64,000 bases of DNA, taken from a virus (lineage: Duplodnaviria > Caudoviricetes). Below, in pieces: positions 1-9,744 of this stretch. Where the stretch lies: positions 1,562 through 65,561 of the IMG/VR virus record IMGVR_UViG_3300021425_000032. One strand, given 5' to 3'. The first letter of the stretch is position 1. Each line of letters starts with the position of its first letter. Under the pieces are notes generated by a model. That model searched no databases and had not been told where the DNA came from. It was given only the letters and a program-made list of their open reading frames with translations. The translations under genes were made by a program, and so were the position numbers.

Positions 1-1098
1 GTTGAACACTTTGAATATAATAATACTAGAGCAGGTCAAGAACCTCAATATTTTAATAACCCTATTAGTAGAGTAAGTTGTCCTAAGTGGGATGTTGATG
101 ATCCTAGCATACATTTAAAAACAGCCAATATTACTCCTTGGAGAGAAGATTGGGAAGAATACTTAGACGAACTAGGTATAGATGTTTTTAAAATGCACGG
201 CCGTGAAGCAGTAAGTAGATTGTATGAAACAATGAATATTGTAAAACGTTGGGCATCAGGTGAACCATTACTATACGACAACTTTGAAAAATATTTAGAA
301 AGTACAAATCTTAAAGATAGGCCAATTGATGCTTGGCGTAAGAAAATTAAAAATTGTAAATTTGATTGTTGGGAATGCCATTTTTGTGATGACATTTACA
401 AAGTAAAATCTAAAATTGAACACACAGACAAAGTTAAGCATGTAGCAGAAAGCATATTAATAAGCGGTGTGCCAACTGTAAATACACGTATACCTGGACT
501 TACAAGTCCTAGAGTACAAACTGTATTAAATCATATTGCAAGCGGATCTACACATTACATGGAAGTGGGCGTAGCACAAGGTGCAACATTTTGTGGAGCA
601 ATTAAAGATAATAATTTAAATGCTGTAGCAATTGATGATTGGCAAAGTGATATACAACCTGCTGATCCAAATGCTCCAAGATTACCGCATAACGAAAAGG
701 CTAATTTCTTAAAAAACTTAGACAGTTACAAACAAGAAAATAATGTAGAAGTAATTGATAAAGATTTATTTGAAGCAGATGTGTCACAGTATAACGGTAA
801 GATAGACATGTGGTTTTATGACGGACCACACGATGCAACAAGTACTGAACAGGCTGTACTACATTATAAAAATGTGTTTGCTAAAGAGGCTGTGTTAATC
901 TTTGATGATGCAAATTGGCAAGGTGTAGTTGAAGGTGCAAGAACCGGTATTAACAAAGCAGGCTTTGAAGTTGCATATGAAAAGATGCTATTGTGTGACG
1001 TAGAAGATTTAGAAAGTTGGTGGAATGGTTTGTATGTTGTTGTACTTGCTAAACCAGAAGAAGAATTAATATCAATAATAGAGGAAGTAGAATGGTAA
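1..1098 (+). CDS. U32-family (peptidase U32-like Fe-S) domain fused to a class I SAM methyltransferase; 5'-truncated by the window edge
   Basis: Frame 1 is open from base 1. GIDVFKMHGRE matches the U32 GVDSLKIEGR-type motif, followed by Cys cluster CKFDCWECHFC, then MEVGVAQG and FYDGPH...LIFDD (Methyltransf_24-like). Confidence 0.7.
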   Translation, partial: VEHFEYNNTRAGQEPQYFNNPISRVSCPKWDVDDPSIHLKTANITPWREDWEEYLDELGIDVFKMHGREAVSRLYETMNIVKRWASGEPLLYDNFEKYLESTNLKDRPIDAWRKKIKNCKFDCWECHFCDDIYKVKSKIEHTDKVKHVAESILISGVPTVNTRIPGLTSPRVQTVLNHIASGSTHYMEVGVAQGATFCGAIKDNNLNAVAIDDWQSDIQPADPNAPRLPHNEKANFLKNLDSYKQENNVEVIDKDLFEADVSQYNGKIDMWFYDGPHDATSTEQAVLHYKNVFAKEAVLIFDDANWQGVVEGARTGINKAGFEVAYEKMLLCDVEDLESWWNGLYVVVLAKPEEELISIIEEVEW

Positions 1099-2600
1099 GA
1101 AAGATAGTTATATTTGGCGGCGGCACAAGCGGATGGCTTACAGCTGCTTACTTAACTAATAATTTAGTAGACCCTGTTGAAATACAACTAATTGAAGATG
1201 CTTCAAAAGGACCAATTGGTGTGGGAGAAGGAACACAACCACTTACGGCATCGTTCTTATACAAGTGTGGTATTAGTGCTAAAGACTGGATGAAGCCTAG
1301 TAATGCATCATTTAAATATGGTGTAGAATTAACAGGTTGGAATGACGAACCTTATTTTGTTGACAATGATGTAGTTGACAATGTTTTACCAGCACCTCAT
1401 CTTCCTGTAAGTAAATATTTTATTGACAAGCCGTATAGTGAATTTAAAAAGTGGCATCCTGCATATAGACTAGCAAAGAATAATACTGCTACAAAAATTG
1501 ATAGTGAAACTGATATTAATTTTAATGTAGGACTAGATAGTTACGGTGCTGTACATTTTAGTGCATACGATATTATTGATACAATTAAAAAGTTAATATT
1601 AGATAGAATTGATTACGTTGATACTAAGATCACACAAGTTGGTAATGATGCAACTGGTATAACTAAACTTATAGACGAAACTGGCAAAGAGTATACTGGA
1701 GACTTGTATATAGACTGTAGCGGATTTCAATCTTTGCTGTTAGGTAAAACTTTAAAAGAGCCGTATATAAGTTACAACAAATGGCTACTCAACGATAGTG
1801 CTGTTGCTATGCCAAAACAGTATACTGATCCGGAAGAAGAATGTTTTCCTTATACTAAAGCAACTACTATGAATGCTGGATGGAGATGGACTATTCCTAC
1901 ATACCATCGTATTGGTAACGGATATGTTTATAGTTCTAAACATATTACTCCTGAAGAAGCCGAGGCAGAATTACGTGAAGCAATTGGCGAATACGATGCT
2001 CCTGCAAATCATTTAAAAATGCGTATAGGCTCGCACGAAAATGTTGCTGTAAAAAATGTTCTTGCTGTAGGCCTTTCAGCTGGATTTATAGAACCCTTAG
2101 AAGCAACAGGTATTACATTTACTACAGCACTAGTTACATCTTTTGCTGACTTAATGAATCGTACAGGTAACGTGTGGGACGATGGACCAAAGTCGATGAT
2201 TAATAGAGGCTTTTATGAAATGAGTATAGAAATACTAACCTTCATATATGCACACTATTATTTTAGTAATAGAAATGACACACCATATTGGCAAGAAATA
2301 AGATCAAAGACATTAGACGAACTTCCGGCAGATGCTAGAATGATGATGAGTCAGTATTATCCTAAATTACAAGACTTTATATTCTTTACGCCTGGTAGTA
2401 TGTTTAGTAGTATTCAATGGTGGTCAATGTTACATGCAGGCGGTGCATATCCAAATGAAAAATGTGAGCTGTCAGAACAACAAAAGAAATATGTTGAACA
2501 CTTTATGAAAGTACAAGATGTAAGGGTTGATAGTGCCAAAGAGTTATTTGGCAATCACTATAAATTTTTAGATAAATGGTACAAAGAATGGCAAGAGTAA
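1092..2600 (+). CDS. Flavin-dependent halogenase (tryptophan halogenase family)
   Basis: GGGTSG FAD motif, IGVGEGT, FKYG lysine, IDCSG, WRWTIP (WxWxIP), FIEPLEATG. Confidence 0.9.
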   Translation: MVRKIVIFGGGTSGWLTAAYLTNNLVDPVEIQLIEDASKGPIGVGEGTQPLTASFLYKCGISAKDWMKPSNASFKYGVELTGWNDEPYFVDNDVVDNVLPAPHLPVSKYFIDKPYSEFKKWHPAYRLAKNNTATKIDSETDINFNVGLDSYGAVHFSAYDIIDTIKKLILDRIDYVDTKITQVGNDATGITKLIDETGKEYTGDLYIDCSGFQSLLLGKTLKEPYISYNKWLLNDSAVAMPKQYTDPEEECFPYTKATTMNAGWRWTIPTYHRIGNGYVYSSKHITPEEAEAELREAIGEYDAPANHLKMRIGSHENVAVKNVLAVGLSAGFIEPLEATGITFTTALVTSFADLMNRTGNVWDDGPKSMINRGFYEMSIEILTFIYAHYYFSNRNDTPYWQEIRSKTLDELPADARMMMSQYYPKLQDFIFFTPGSMFSSIQWWSMLHAGGAYPNEKCELSEQQKKYVEHFMKVQDVRVDSAKELFGNHYKFLDKWYKEWQE

Positions 2601-3163
2601 ATTTATTTAGATCAGATTTTTTTGTTAGTAAAGTAGGTAATGAGGATCAGGTTACTAAGTTAAAAGAACAAATGCTATTAGCACAACAAAACAATGTTGA
2701 CGAAATTGCAAACAGTAATGATCGTTGCTGGCGTAGTACTGTTAAGTATGAAAATATTGATTGGCTGTTAGACGGCGTCAAAGAGCTTGCAGAAGAAGCA
2801 ATAGACTATTATAGTAGTTTAGATAGCACATTTAAAAGACATATAGTTGAAAGACATATTAGTTTAGATTACTGGTCAAATATTAATAAGCCTGCAAGTA
2901 AAAATGTTTTGCATAATCATGTAGCAGATAGTTTTGCCGCTGTATATTACGTGCAAGGTACAAGAACAGGACCATTAAAATTTATAAATCCAGCAAATGT
3001 TTTAAATGATTGTAATACAATTAGTCCGTTTGTGCGTGAAGTTTTGGTTCACCCTCACGATGGCGAGTTGATATTATGGCCTGCTTGGGTTCCACATGAA
3101 GTAGAAGTAAATCAATCAGATAGAGACAGAATGAATATTGCATTCACACTACAGGTAGGTTAA
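2588..3163 (+). CDS. Putative 2OG-Fe(II) oxygenase (TIGR02466-like)
   Basis: HNH...AVYYV...WPAWVPHEV..N...RMNIAF; start moved to the ATG at 2588. Confidence 0.75.
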   Translation: MARVNLFRSDFFVSKVGNEDQVTKLKEQMLLAQQNNVDEIANSNDRCWRSTVKYENIDWLLDGVKELAEEAIDYYSSLDSTFKRHIVERHISLDYWSNINKPASKNVLHNHVADSFAAVYYVQGTRTGPLKFINPANVLNDCNTISPFVREVLVHPHDGELILWPAWVPHEVEVNQSDRDRMNIAFTLQVG

Positions 3164-3900
3164 TGTTTAAGAAAAAAGATAAAATAGAATTTTTTAGTAA
3201 GATAGCAGGCGTAGCAGAAGCGTTTCCTATTATTCCTGCTAAAGATTTTCGTCCTAAATGGATGTCTCGATGTAAACAAAATTACGTAGATAATAAAGAT
3301 AGAAATTTACCTAGTCACTTATATCAATGTCCTGGTATATTTGATTTGTATAATTACGGATTTATATTACCTTTATGGCATGATGTAATTATAAAAACAC
3401 AAGCAGGACAGCAAGGATTTCAATACATTAATCCTAGCGAAACACTTTCAAAATTATTAGAAGGCGATCCTGTTGCTAGTCAGCCACCGGATATATCAAA
3501 ATGGTTACCAAAAAGACCACACAGTATAGAAGCAATAGTAAAATTTAATACACCGTGGCATGTAGTTGCACCAAAAGGTGTAAAGTTCTTAATTACTCCT
3601 GTAGCATACAGCGATAGTTATGAATTTGAGTCTAGTATAGGTGTATTAGATCCTTCAATTAATACGGAATTAAATATACAAGGTTACTGGAATATACCAA
3701 ACGGAGAACGAAAACTTACAGCAGGAACTCCAATTGCACATATTATTCCATTGACAGAAGAAAAATATGATCATATAATAAGAGATATGACCGAAGAAGA
3801 TTGGAAGTTTTTTAGAAAGAGACTTTTTTGGGGGACTCACTCTTTTAAACATAACAAAGCTCTAATAAAGAGCATGTACAAAAAGCATTTTGGGAGATAA
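3163..3900 (+). CDS. Hypothetical protein, paralogue of 4306-5070
   Basis: Shares CPG, W.D, PW...PKG and AGTP motifs with 4306-5070; overlapping stop/start with the upstream gene. Confidence 0.7.
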   Translation: MFKKKDKIEFFSKIAGVAEAFPIIPAKDFRPKWMSRCKQNYVDNKDRNLPSHLYQCPGIFDLYNYGFILPLWHDVIIKTQAGQQGFQYINPSETLSKLLEGDPVASQPPDISKWLPKRPHSIEAIVKFNTPWHVVAPKGVKFLITPVAYSDSYEFESSIGVLDPSINTELNIQGYWNIPNGERKLTAGTPIAHIIPLTEEKYDHIIRDMTEEDWKFFRKRLFWGTHSFKHNKALIKSMYKKHFGR

Positions 3901-3902
3901 TA

Positions 3903-4313
3903 ATGCCACTTATAGAACATCATACAGACGAGTTTGTTACTTATAAACAAGAACTAAGAGAGGCAAAAGACCAGTACACACATAGAAAAGTGCAAAAAGA
4001 TAGAATTAAACATGTAGGTTGGTTTAATGCATGTCTTAGCCAAAAAGATATTATAATTACTTTTAAAGGCGCAAAACAAACACAAGTAGTTGCAAGTAAA
4101 AACGGTAGTGGTGTAAGTCCGTTGCCAGAACCACCAATTACTATTGAAAATGTTCTTGGCGAAGATGAAGAACAAATTCAACACATTGTATTTTATTCAC
4201 AACCAGATGGTGAAGTTCATGTAGTGCATATAGACGATGTAATCTGTTGGACTGTAACTAACTCTATGATGAATCAAATAGATAAAATTTATAAAGGCAA
4301 AGTTCGTGTTTAA
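3903..4313 (+). CDS. Hypothetical protein
   Basis: ORF fills the operon gap; GGGAG SD upstream. Confidence 0.7.
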   Translation: MPLIEHHTDEFVTYKQELREAKDQYTHRKVQKDRIKHVGWFNACLSQKDIIITFKGAKQTQVVASKNGSGVSPLPEPPITIENVLGEDEEQIQHIVFYSQPDGEVHVVHIDDVICWTVTNSMMNQIDKIYKGKVRV

Positions 4314-5070
4314 TTGGTTTAAGAAAAAACCTAAAATAGAATTTGTATCTTTGTTCCCTGAGGTACAACAAATTATGCCTATTGTACCTGCTAGTAAAGT
4401 TAAGTTTGATTGGGTTAAACCAGCAATTGACGATTGGAAAAAAGTACAAGCAGAAAGTAAAAATACGCCTGTAAAAACAACTCATATTGCACGTTGTCCC
4501 GGCATTCATAAAATTATGCGAGAAGGTTGGATATTGCGTAGCTGGTGTGATTTTACAATCAAAACCGACGGTGACGGCAAACGCTTTCAATGGGGATCAC
4601 CAGTATCGCAAGCCAGTATGGATGCAGATCATATTTGGAAGTGGGACTATCTTTCACATCATACAGAATCTATTTTTGGTCAAACAAATAGATCTAATAC
4701 ACTAGATACGATTATTAAAGTACAATCACCGTGGATGGTTTATATTCCAAAAGGATACAATTTACTTTGTATGCCTATACCATATCCAGACAATCATAGT
4801 TTTACAGCGGCTTCAGGATTTCTTGACGGAGATGAAGGACCAAATTTCCTAAATGTTCAACTATATTGGCACGAATTAAATGACACAGTTAAAATTCCTG
4901 CAGGCACACCGTTGGCAATGTACATGTTAATTAAAAAAGATAAAATAGAAGCAAACGTAAGATCTGTAGAAGATAAAGATATTAAAAATTTACGTTTAAG
5001 AAGTACTATATTAGACAATAAATTTATTGTGGACTATAAACCATTAAAGGAAGTAAAGTGGCATGAGTAG
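4306..5070 (+). CDS. Hypothetical protein, paralogue of 3163-3900
   Basis: RCPGI, WCDF, SPWMVYIPKG, PAGTPLA. Confidence 0.7.
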   Translation: MFNWFKKKPKIEFVSLFPEVQQIMPIVPASKVKFDWVKPAIDDWKKVQAESKNTPVKTTHIARCPGIHKIMREGWILRSWCDFTIKTDGDGKRFQWGSPVSQASMDADHIWKWDYLSHHTESIFGQTNRSNTLDTIIKVQSPWMVYIPKGYNLLCMPIPYPDNHSFTAASGFLDGDEGPNFLNVQLYWHELNDTVKIPAGTPLAMYMLIKKDKIEANVRSVEDKDIKNLRLRSTILDNKFIVDYKPLKEVKWHE

Positions 5071-5287
5071 TTTTCATAAGGTAGAAATTAGTTTATATGC
5101 AAATAAAGATACTAAGTTTATGAATGATGCACATGCACATTGGCTAAACTATTCTGTACAGCATAGACGTATGGCAGGCTTTAGAATAAAAATAAGCCAT
5201 TGTAAACAGTTTGTAACAATGAATGACGAAGAAGCATTTAAGTATTTCTTAGATACTTGGAAACATTACAAGCGAGTCATATACTAA
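5063..5287 (+). CDS. Hypothetical protein
   Basis: Overlaps the upstream stop; same strand as the operon. Confidence 0.55.
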   Translation: MSSFHKVEISLYANKDTKFMNDAHAHWLNYSVQHRRMAGFRIKISHCKQFVTMNDEEAFKYFLDTWKHYKRVIY

Positions 5288-5324
5288 ACTACAGATAAAT
5301 ACTACTGTAGATTAGGATAATAAT

Positions 5325-6824
5325 ATGGCATCAAATTCAGCACCAGTAGTAGATAGAATACGCATTATACCAAGGCCTGACGATTTTTTAGATCGTAATG
5401 TAGGATCAAGTGGCGAAGTTTTCTTTGACAAGCAAGCAAACACACTAAGAGTTTATAGTGGAAAACTAGCCGGCGGCTACACTGTTGTTACTGAAGATAA
5501 TTTAGCAAGAAATATTGCTAACGCTAAGGTTGCAACTGTTAACTATGCTGTTACTATTGCATCAGCACAGGGCGACGATGTTGGAAACAAATATGTACTT
5601 AATGGAGTTTATAAACCAGACTTAAATCTTGTTATAGGTTACACATATGTATTTGATCAAACAGACCTAACTAACGTTTATTATCCAAATGCCAATGGCA
5701 GTACACTTAACGAACACCAACTTGCATTTTCAACTTCACCTAATGGTGAGTTAGATGCAGGGCAAACAGCATACGAAGATAATGTAAGATATTTTATAAA
5801 CGACGATCCTGTAACAAGAGCTGTATACTACGACAGATTTAATGAAGCAATAACTCGTCAAGTTCAAATTACAATTACAACAGATACGCCTACCACACTC
5901 TATTACTGGTGTAAAAATCATACCGGTATGGGCGGATCAATTACTGTTGCTGAACCAGGAACAGGATCTGCAAGTGGAGGAGCAAATGTTGAAGTTTCAG
6001 ATACTGCACCAGCAGAGCCAACACAAGGTACTATTTGGTTTGACAGTACTAATGGTAAAATATTTGTATACGTAACAGATGAAGATAGTAGTCAATGGGT
6101 ACAGCCTACAGTGCCACTACCATCAGTTAATACATTTAAAAATGTTAGTGTTACTGGTGGGTCAACACTTGTAGCAAGTGGTAATAACGATACTATAAAC
6201 TTTGCACCAGGTGCAAATGTAACATTAGATGTTGACGGTGCTACAAATACAATTACAATAAACAGTTCGGGCGGCGGCGGTAGCACTTACGACCAAAGTC
6301 TTAACACTACTGATGACGTAACATTTGATGACTTAACAGCAACAGGTACATTAACAGCAAATAGTGTAAACGCATCATCAATACAAAATACAGGAGTAGG
6401 TGCTCCGTCATTTACTAGTGCCAGCACAATCTCATTTAATGCCGCAGATGGTGTTAATATAGAAAATATTTTACTAACAAATGAAGTTATTACACGATAT
6501 GACGACCCAGGTACTACTGTCGCTATTAGTTACGATCAAGGACCAGTTTACTATCTTACAAATTTAACAGGTTCTACTAGTTTATCTCTTACTAATGTTC
6601 CTGAAACAAATGATAGAGCAAATAACATAGCAGTAGTAATTCAACAAACAGGTACTCCGCAAACATTACAATTTTTAACCATCAATGGTAATTTAGTAGC
6701 AATTGAATGGTTAGACGGAACTATTCCAGCTGGTGTAGCAAGTAAAAAACAAGTGTTTTCTTTAAGTATGTTAAAAGTCGACGGAACATGGATGGCGTTT
6801 GGTAGTGCAGCAACTTATGGATAA
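5325..6824 (+). CDS. Virion structural/fibre protein with a cupredoxin-like motif
   Basis: Thr/Gly/Ser-rich; LYYWCKNHTGMGG; GTIWFDS fibre motif; TAAATA late promoter just upstream. Confidence 0.7.
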   Translation: MASNSAPVVDRIRIIPRPDDFLDRNVGSSGEVFFDKQANTLRVYSGKLAGGYTVVTEDNLARNIANAKVATVNYAVTIASAQGDDVGNKYVLNGVYKPDLNLVIGYTYVFDQTDLTNVYYPNANGSTLNEHQLAFSTSPNGELDAGQTAYEDNVRYFINDDPVTRAVYYDRFNEAITRQVQITITTDTPTTLYYWCKNHTGMGGSITVAEPGTGSASGGANVEVSDTAPAEPTQGTIWFDSTNGKIFVYVTDEDSSQWVQPTVPLPSVNTFKNVSVTGGSTLVASGNNDTINFAPGANVTLDVDGATNTITINSSGGGGSTYDQSLNTTDDVTFDDLTATGTLTANSVNASSIQNTGVGAPSFTSASTISFNAADGVNIENILLTNEVITRYDDPGTTVAISYDQGPVYYLTNLTGSTSLSLTNVPETNDRANNIAVVIQQTGTPQTLQFLTINGNLVAIEWLDGTIPAGVASKKQVFSLSMLKVDGTWMAFGSAATYG

Positions 6825-6829
6825 TTGCT

Positions 6830-8152
6830 ATGCCAAGATATAGTTCATTTAGTTCATCATTATATAATAAACCAACAACCAAAGGATTTGCTCTTATTAG
6901 GACATTAGACAATCCTAATCCAAGAGGTATTGCTAATTCAGATGCGTTTGGCACAAGTGTTGCTGTAGGTCCTAATGATATTGCTGTTGGTGCTCCGGGA
7001 GAAGATGGTACGCAAGGTGTTCCGTCACAAGGTGCAGTTTATGTATATGATAAAGCAGGATTCTTAAAATACACAGTTGAGAACCGCAATCTTTTAGCGC
7101 CAATAAATGCAGGTGACGGCGATAGATTTGGTACAAGTGTTGCACTTAATTCAAGGCATCTTTTAGTAGGAGCACCTGGTGAGAACCAAGTAGTAGGTGG
7201 TTCTACTGTAGACAATAATGGTATGATTTATATTTACTCAGTTGCACCAACCACTCCGGGAACACTACTGATGAATTACGGAAGTCCAAATCCTGCTACA
7301 ACAGGAGTAACAGCCAACGGTGACGCATTTGGACAAACTGTTGCACTTAGTGAAAATTATATGTCTGCATCTGCTTATAGAGAGGACGCTGTGGGACTAG
7401 GCGATGATACAGGATACACATATATCTACGATATAACAGGGGTAAACACATCTAACTTTCCGGGAAGTGAAGCACACAGTATAGAAAATCCTAACTTAGA
7501 TAATGAAGACGAATATCCAGGTGACCAAATTGGTGAAAAGATAAACACGTTGGCAATGACTAATACATACACAATGATAGGCAACTGGAGAGAAAACGAA
7601 CCAGGAGCGTTAGGACAAGGCGATAGTGGTGCATTCTTTCTATTTAATAACTCAACAGGCGCAACAGATCAATCAATCTACAATCCAAAAGAAGACGCAC
7701 TAGACTTAGATGATAGATTTGGCTATGCTGTAGCACTTAATGACTCGTATGCTGTAGTTGGCTGTCCAGGCGAAGACAGCGACGGTAATAACAGTGGTAG
7801 AGTATATGTATACAATCCTTCAACAGGAGCACTTGTAACAACAATAAGTAATCCTAACGAATATGGTACAGTAAATGATGACAGATTTGGTGAGTCTGTA
7901 GCAATTAATGATGACTATGTTGCTATTGGAGCATTAGAAGAAGATGATGCAGATGGAACACAAAGTGGTGTAATATATATTTTTAAGACCGTTGATTGGA
8001 CTTTGGCAACGACCATTACTAATCCAAATAAATACACTACAAGCACTAATGATAGATTTGGTCATACAATTAGAATGGACAATGATGTTTTAGTAGTAGG
8101 TGTTCCTGCAGAAGAAGCAGGTAGTGGCGCTGTTTATATTTACAAGGTGTAA
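6830..8152 (+). CDS. FG-GAP repeat beta-propeller protein
   Basis: About seven repeats of D.FG.SVA...VGAPGE...G.VYVY. Confidence 0.85.
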   Translation: MPRYSSFSSSLYNKPTTKGFALIRTLDNPNPRGIANSDAFGTSVAVGPNDIAVGAPGEDGTQGVPSQGAVYVYDKAGFLKYTVENRNLLAPINAGDGDRFGTSVALNSRHLLVGAPGENQVVGGSTVDNNGMIYIYSVAPTTPGTLLMNYGSPNPATTGVTANGDAFGQTVALSENYMSASAYREDAVGLGDDTGYTYIYDITGVNTSNFPGSEAHSIENPNLDNEDEYPGDQIGEKINTLAMTNTYTMIGNWRENEPGALGQGDSGAFFLFNNSTGATDQSIYNPKEDALDLDDRFGYAVALNDSYAVVGCPGEDSDGNNSGRVYVYNPSTGALVTTISNPNEYGTVNDDRFGESVAINDDYVAIGALEEDDADGTQSGVIYIFKTVDWTLATTITNPNKYTTSTNDRFGHTIRMDNDVLVVGVPAEEAGSGAVYIYKV

Positions 8153-8154
8153 GA

Positions 8155-9744
8155 ATGGAAAGAGAATATATTGTAGTTGTAAAAAGAGGTGTAGACCTAG
8201 ACGCATTTGATGCTGAATTAGCGGCAACTACCGGCATGGGTCCTATACCTAATAGAAACGTTGAAGTAGCAAATCCTAGAATTGGCTCAAAACGTATGAC
8301 ACACTGGATGTTAACTGATGAGGAAGCAGAAGTACTCAAAGGAGATCTTAGAGTGCTAGATGTTGAGATACCACCCGAACAAAGAGATGACGTTGTAATG
8401 GTATCACATGCAACACAAGAAGATACATTTTATAGATCAATTGACGGAACAACACCTACTGTAAACAGTTATGTTAATTGGGGGTTAAGGCGTTGTAATG
8501 AAACAAGTAATGTATATGGTTCAAATAATACCGTAGCAGGCAACTATGATTACGCATTAGACGGAACTGGAGTAGATGTTGTAATACAAGACAGTGGCAT
8601 TGATCCAGATCATCCTGAATGGAATGATGCTAGTGGCACATCAAGACTACAACAAATTGATTGGTATACAGAAAGTGGCTTACCAGGTACGCAAAGTGCA
8701 GATCACTACAGAGACCGTGACGGCCACGGTACCCATTGTGCAGGTATTGTTGCTGGAAAAACATACGGCTGGGCCAAAGGTGCTAACATATATTCACAAA
8801 AAGTAGCAGGACTAGAAACACTTAGTGGTCCAGACGGTACAGGTATTGCTGTATCAGATGCATTTGATGCTATAAGATTATGGCACAACGCAAAGAAACT
8901 GACAAATGGTAGACCTACTGTAGTTAATATGAGTTGGGGGTATTCTAGTACCTCAACATCAGACCCAACTGAAGGAACTTATAGAGGCACAGCATGGACA
9001 TATGGAGTAGATTATACAAGTAGAGGTGAGTTGCTAACAGCAACAGGTGTGCATCCTGCTTACTATCAAGGCGGAACTCAAACAAGACTGCCTGTAAGAA
9101 TAGCATCAATTGATGCTGAAGTCGAAGATATGATCGATGCTGGAATACATGTTTGCATTGCAGCAGGAAATCAACTTACAAAAATTGATATTAACGGTGG
9201 CTCTGATTTTGACAACGAAGTTACTTTTGATGGTAATTCAGTTAACTATCATAGAGGGAGTTCGCCATTTAGTAATGAAGCATTTATAGTAGGCAATATA
9301 GACTCAGAAGTTAATGCAGGAGGAGTAGACCGCACAGCACTGTCAACAAACAGAGGACCTGGAGTTAACATTTTTGCACCTGGTACAAATATTATGAGTA
9401 CAACAAGTACACAAGCAGATGCATCTTATACAGTTTTAGATTATCCAGACGATAATAATTTCCAAATTATGGCAATTGGTGGCACTTCAATGGCTGCTCC
9501 GCAAGTAGCAGGTGTGTGTGCTCTATATTTACAAGTACAACCAAATCTTAGACCAAATGCTTTACAAAATAAAATGCTTAGTGATGCTAGTGTAGACAAC
9601 ATATGGGATACAGGAAATGACGATGACTATACCAACTTTACTACAAGTATGTTAGATGGGCCTAACAAAACATTATACAGTAAATATGGAACACCAACAC
9701 CTTGGGTACTTGGCGGAACGATAAATATTAGTGGAGGCTCTTAA
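8155..9744 (+). CDS. Subtilisin-like S8 serine peptidase
   Basis: Catalytic motifs VIQDSG (D), DGHGTHCAG (H), AAGN (oxyanion N), GGTSMAAP (S). Confidence 0.92.
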   Translation: MEREYIVVVKRGVDLDAFDAELAATTGMGPIPNRNVEVANPRIGSKRMTHWMLTDEEAEVLKGDLRVLDVEIPPEQRDDVVMVSHATQEDTFYRSIDGTTPTVNSYVNWGLRRCNETSNVYGSNNTVAGNYDYALDGTGVDVVIQDSGIDPDHPEWNDASGTSRLQQIDWYTESGLPGTQSADHYRDRDGHGTHCAGIVAGKTYGWAKGANIYSQKVAGLETLSGPDGTGIAVSDAFDAIRLWHNAKKLTNGRPTVVNMSWGYSSTSTSDPTEGTYRGTAWTYGVDYTSRGELLTATGVHPAYYQGGTQTRLPVRIASIDAEVEDMIDAGIHVCIAAGNQLTKIDINGGSDFDNEVTFDGNSVNYHRGSSPFSNEAFIVGNIDSEVNAGGVDRTALSTNRGPGVNIFAPGTNIMSTTSTQADASYTVLDYPDDNNFQIMAIGGTSMAAPQVAGVCALYLQVQPNLRPNALQNKMLSDASVDNIWDTGNDDDYTNFTTSMLDGPNKTLYSKYGTPTPWVLGGTINISGGS

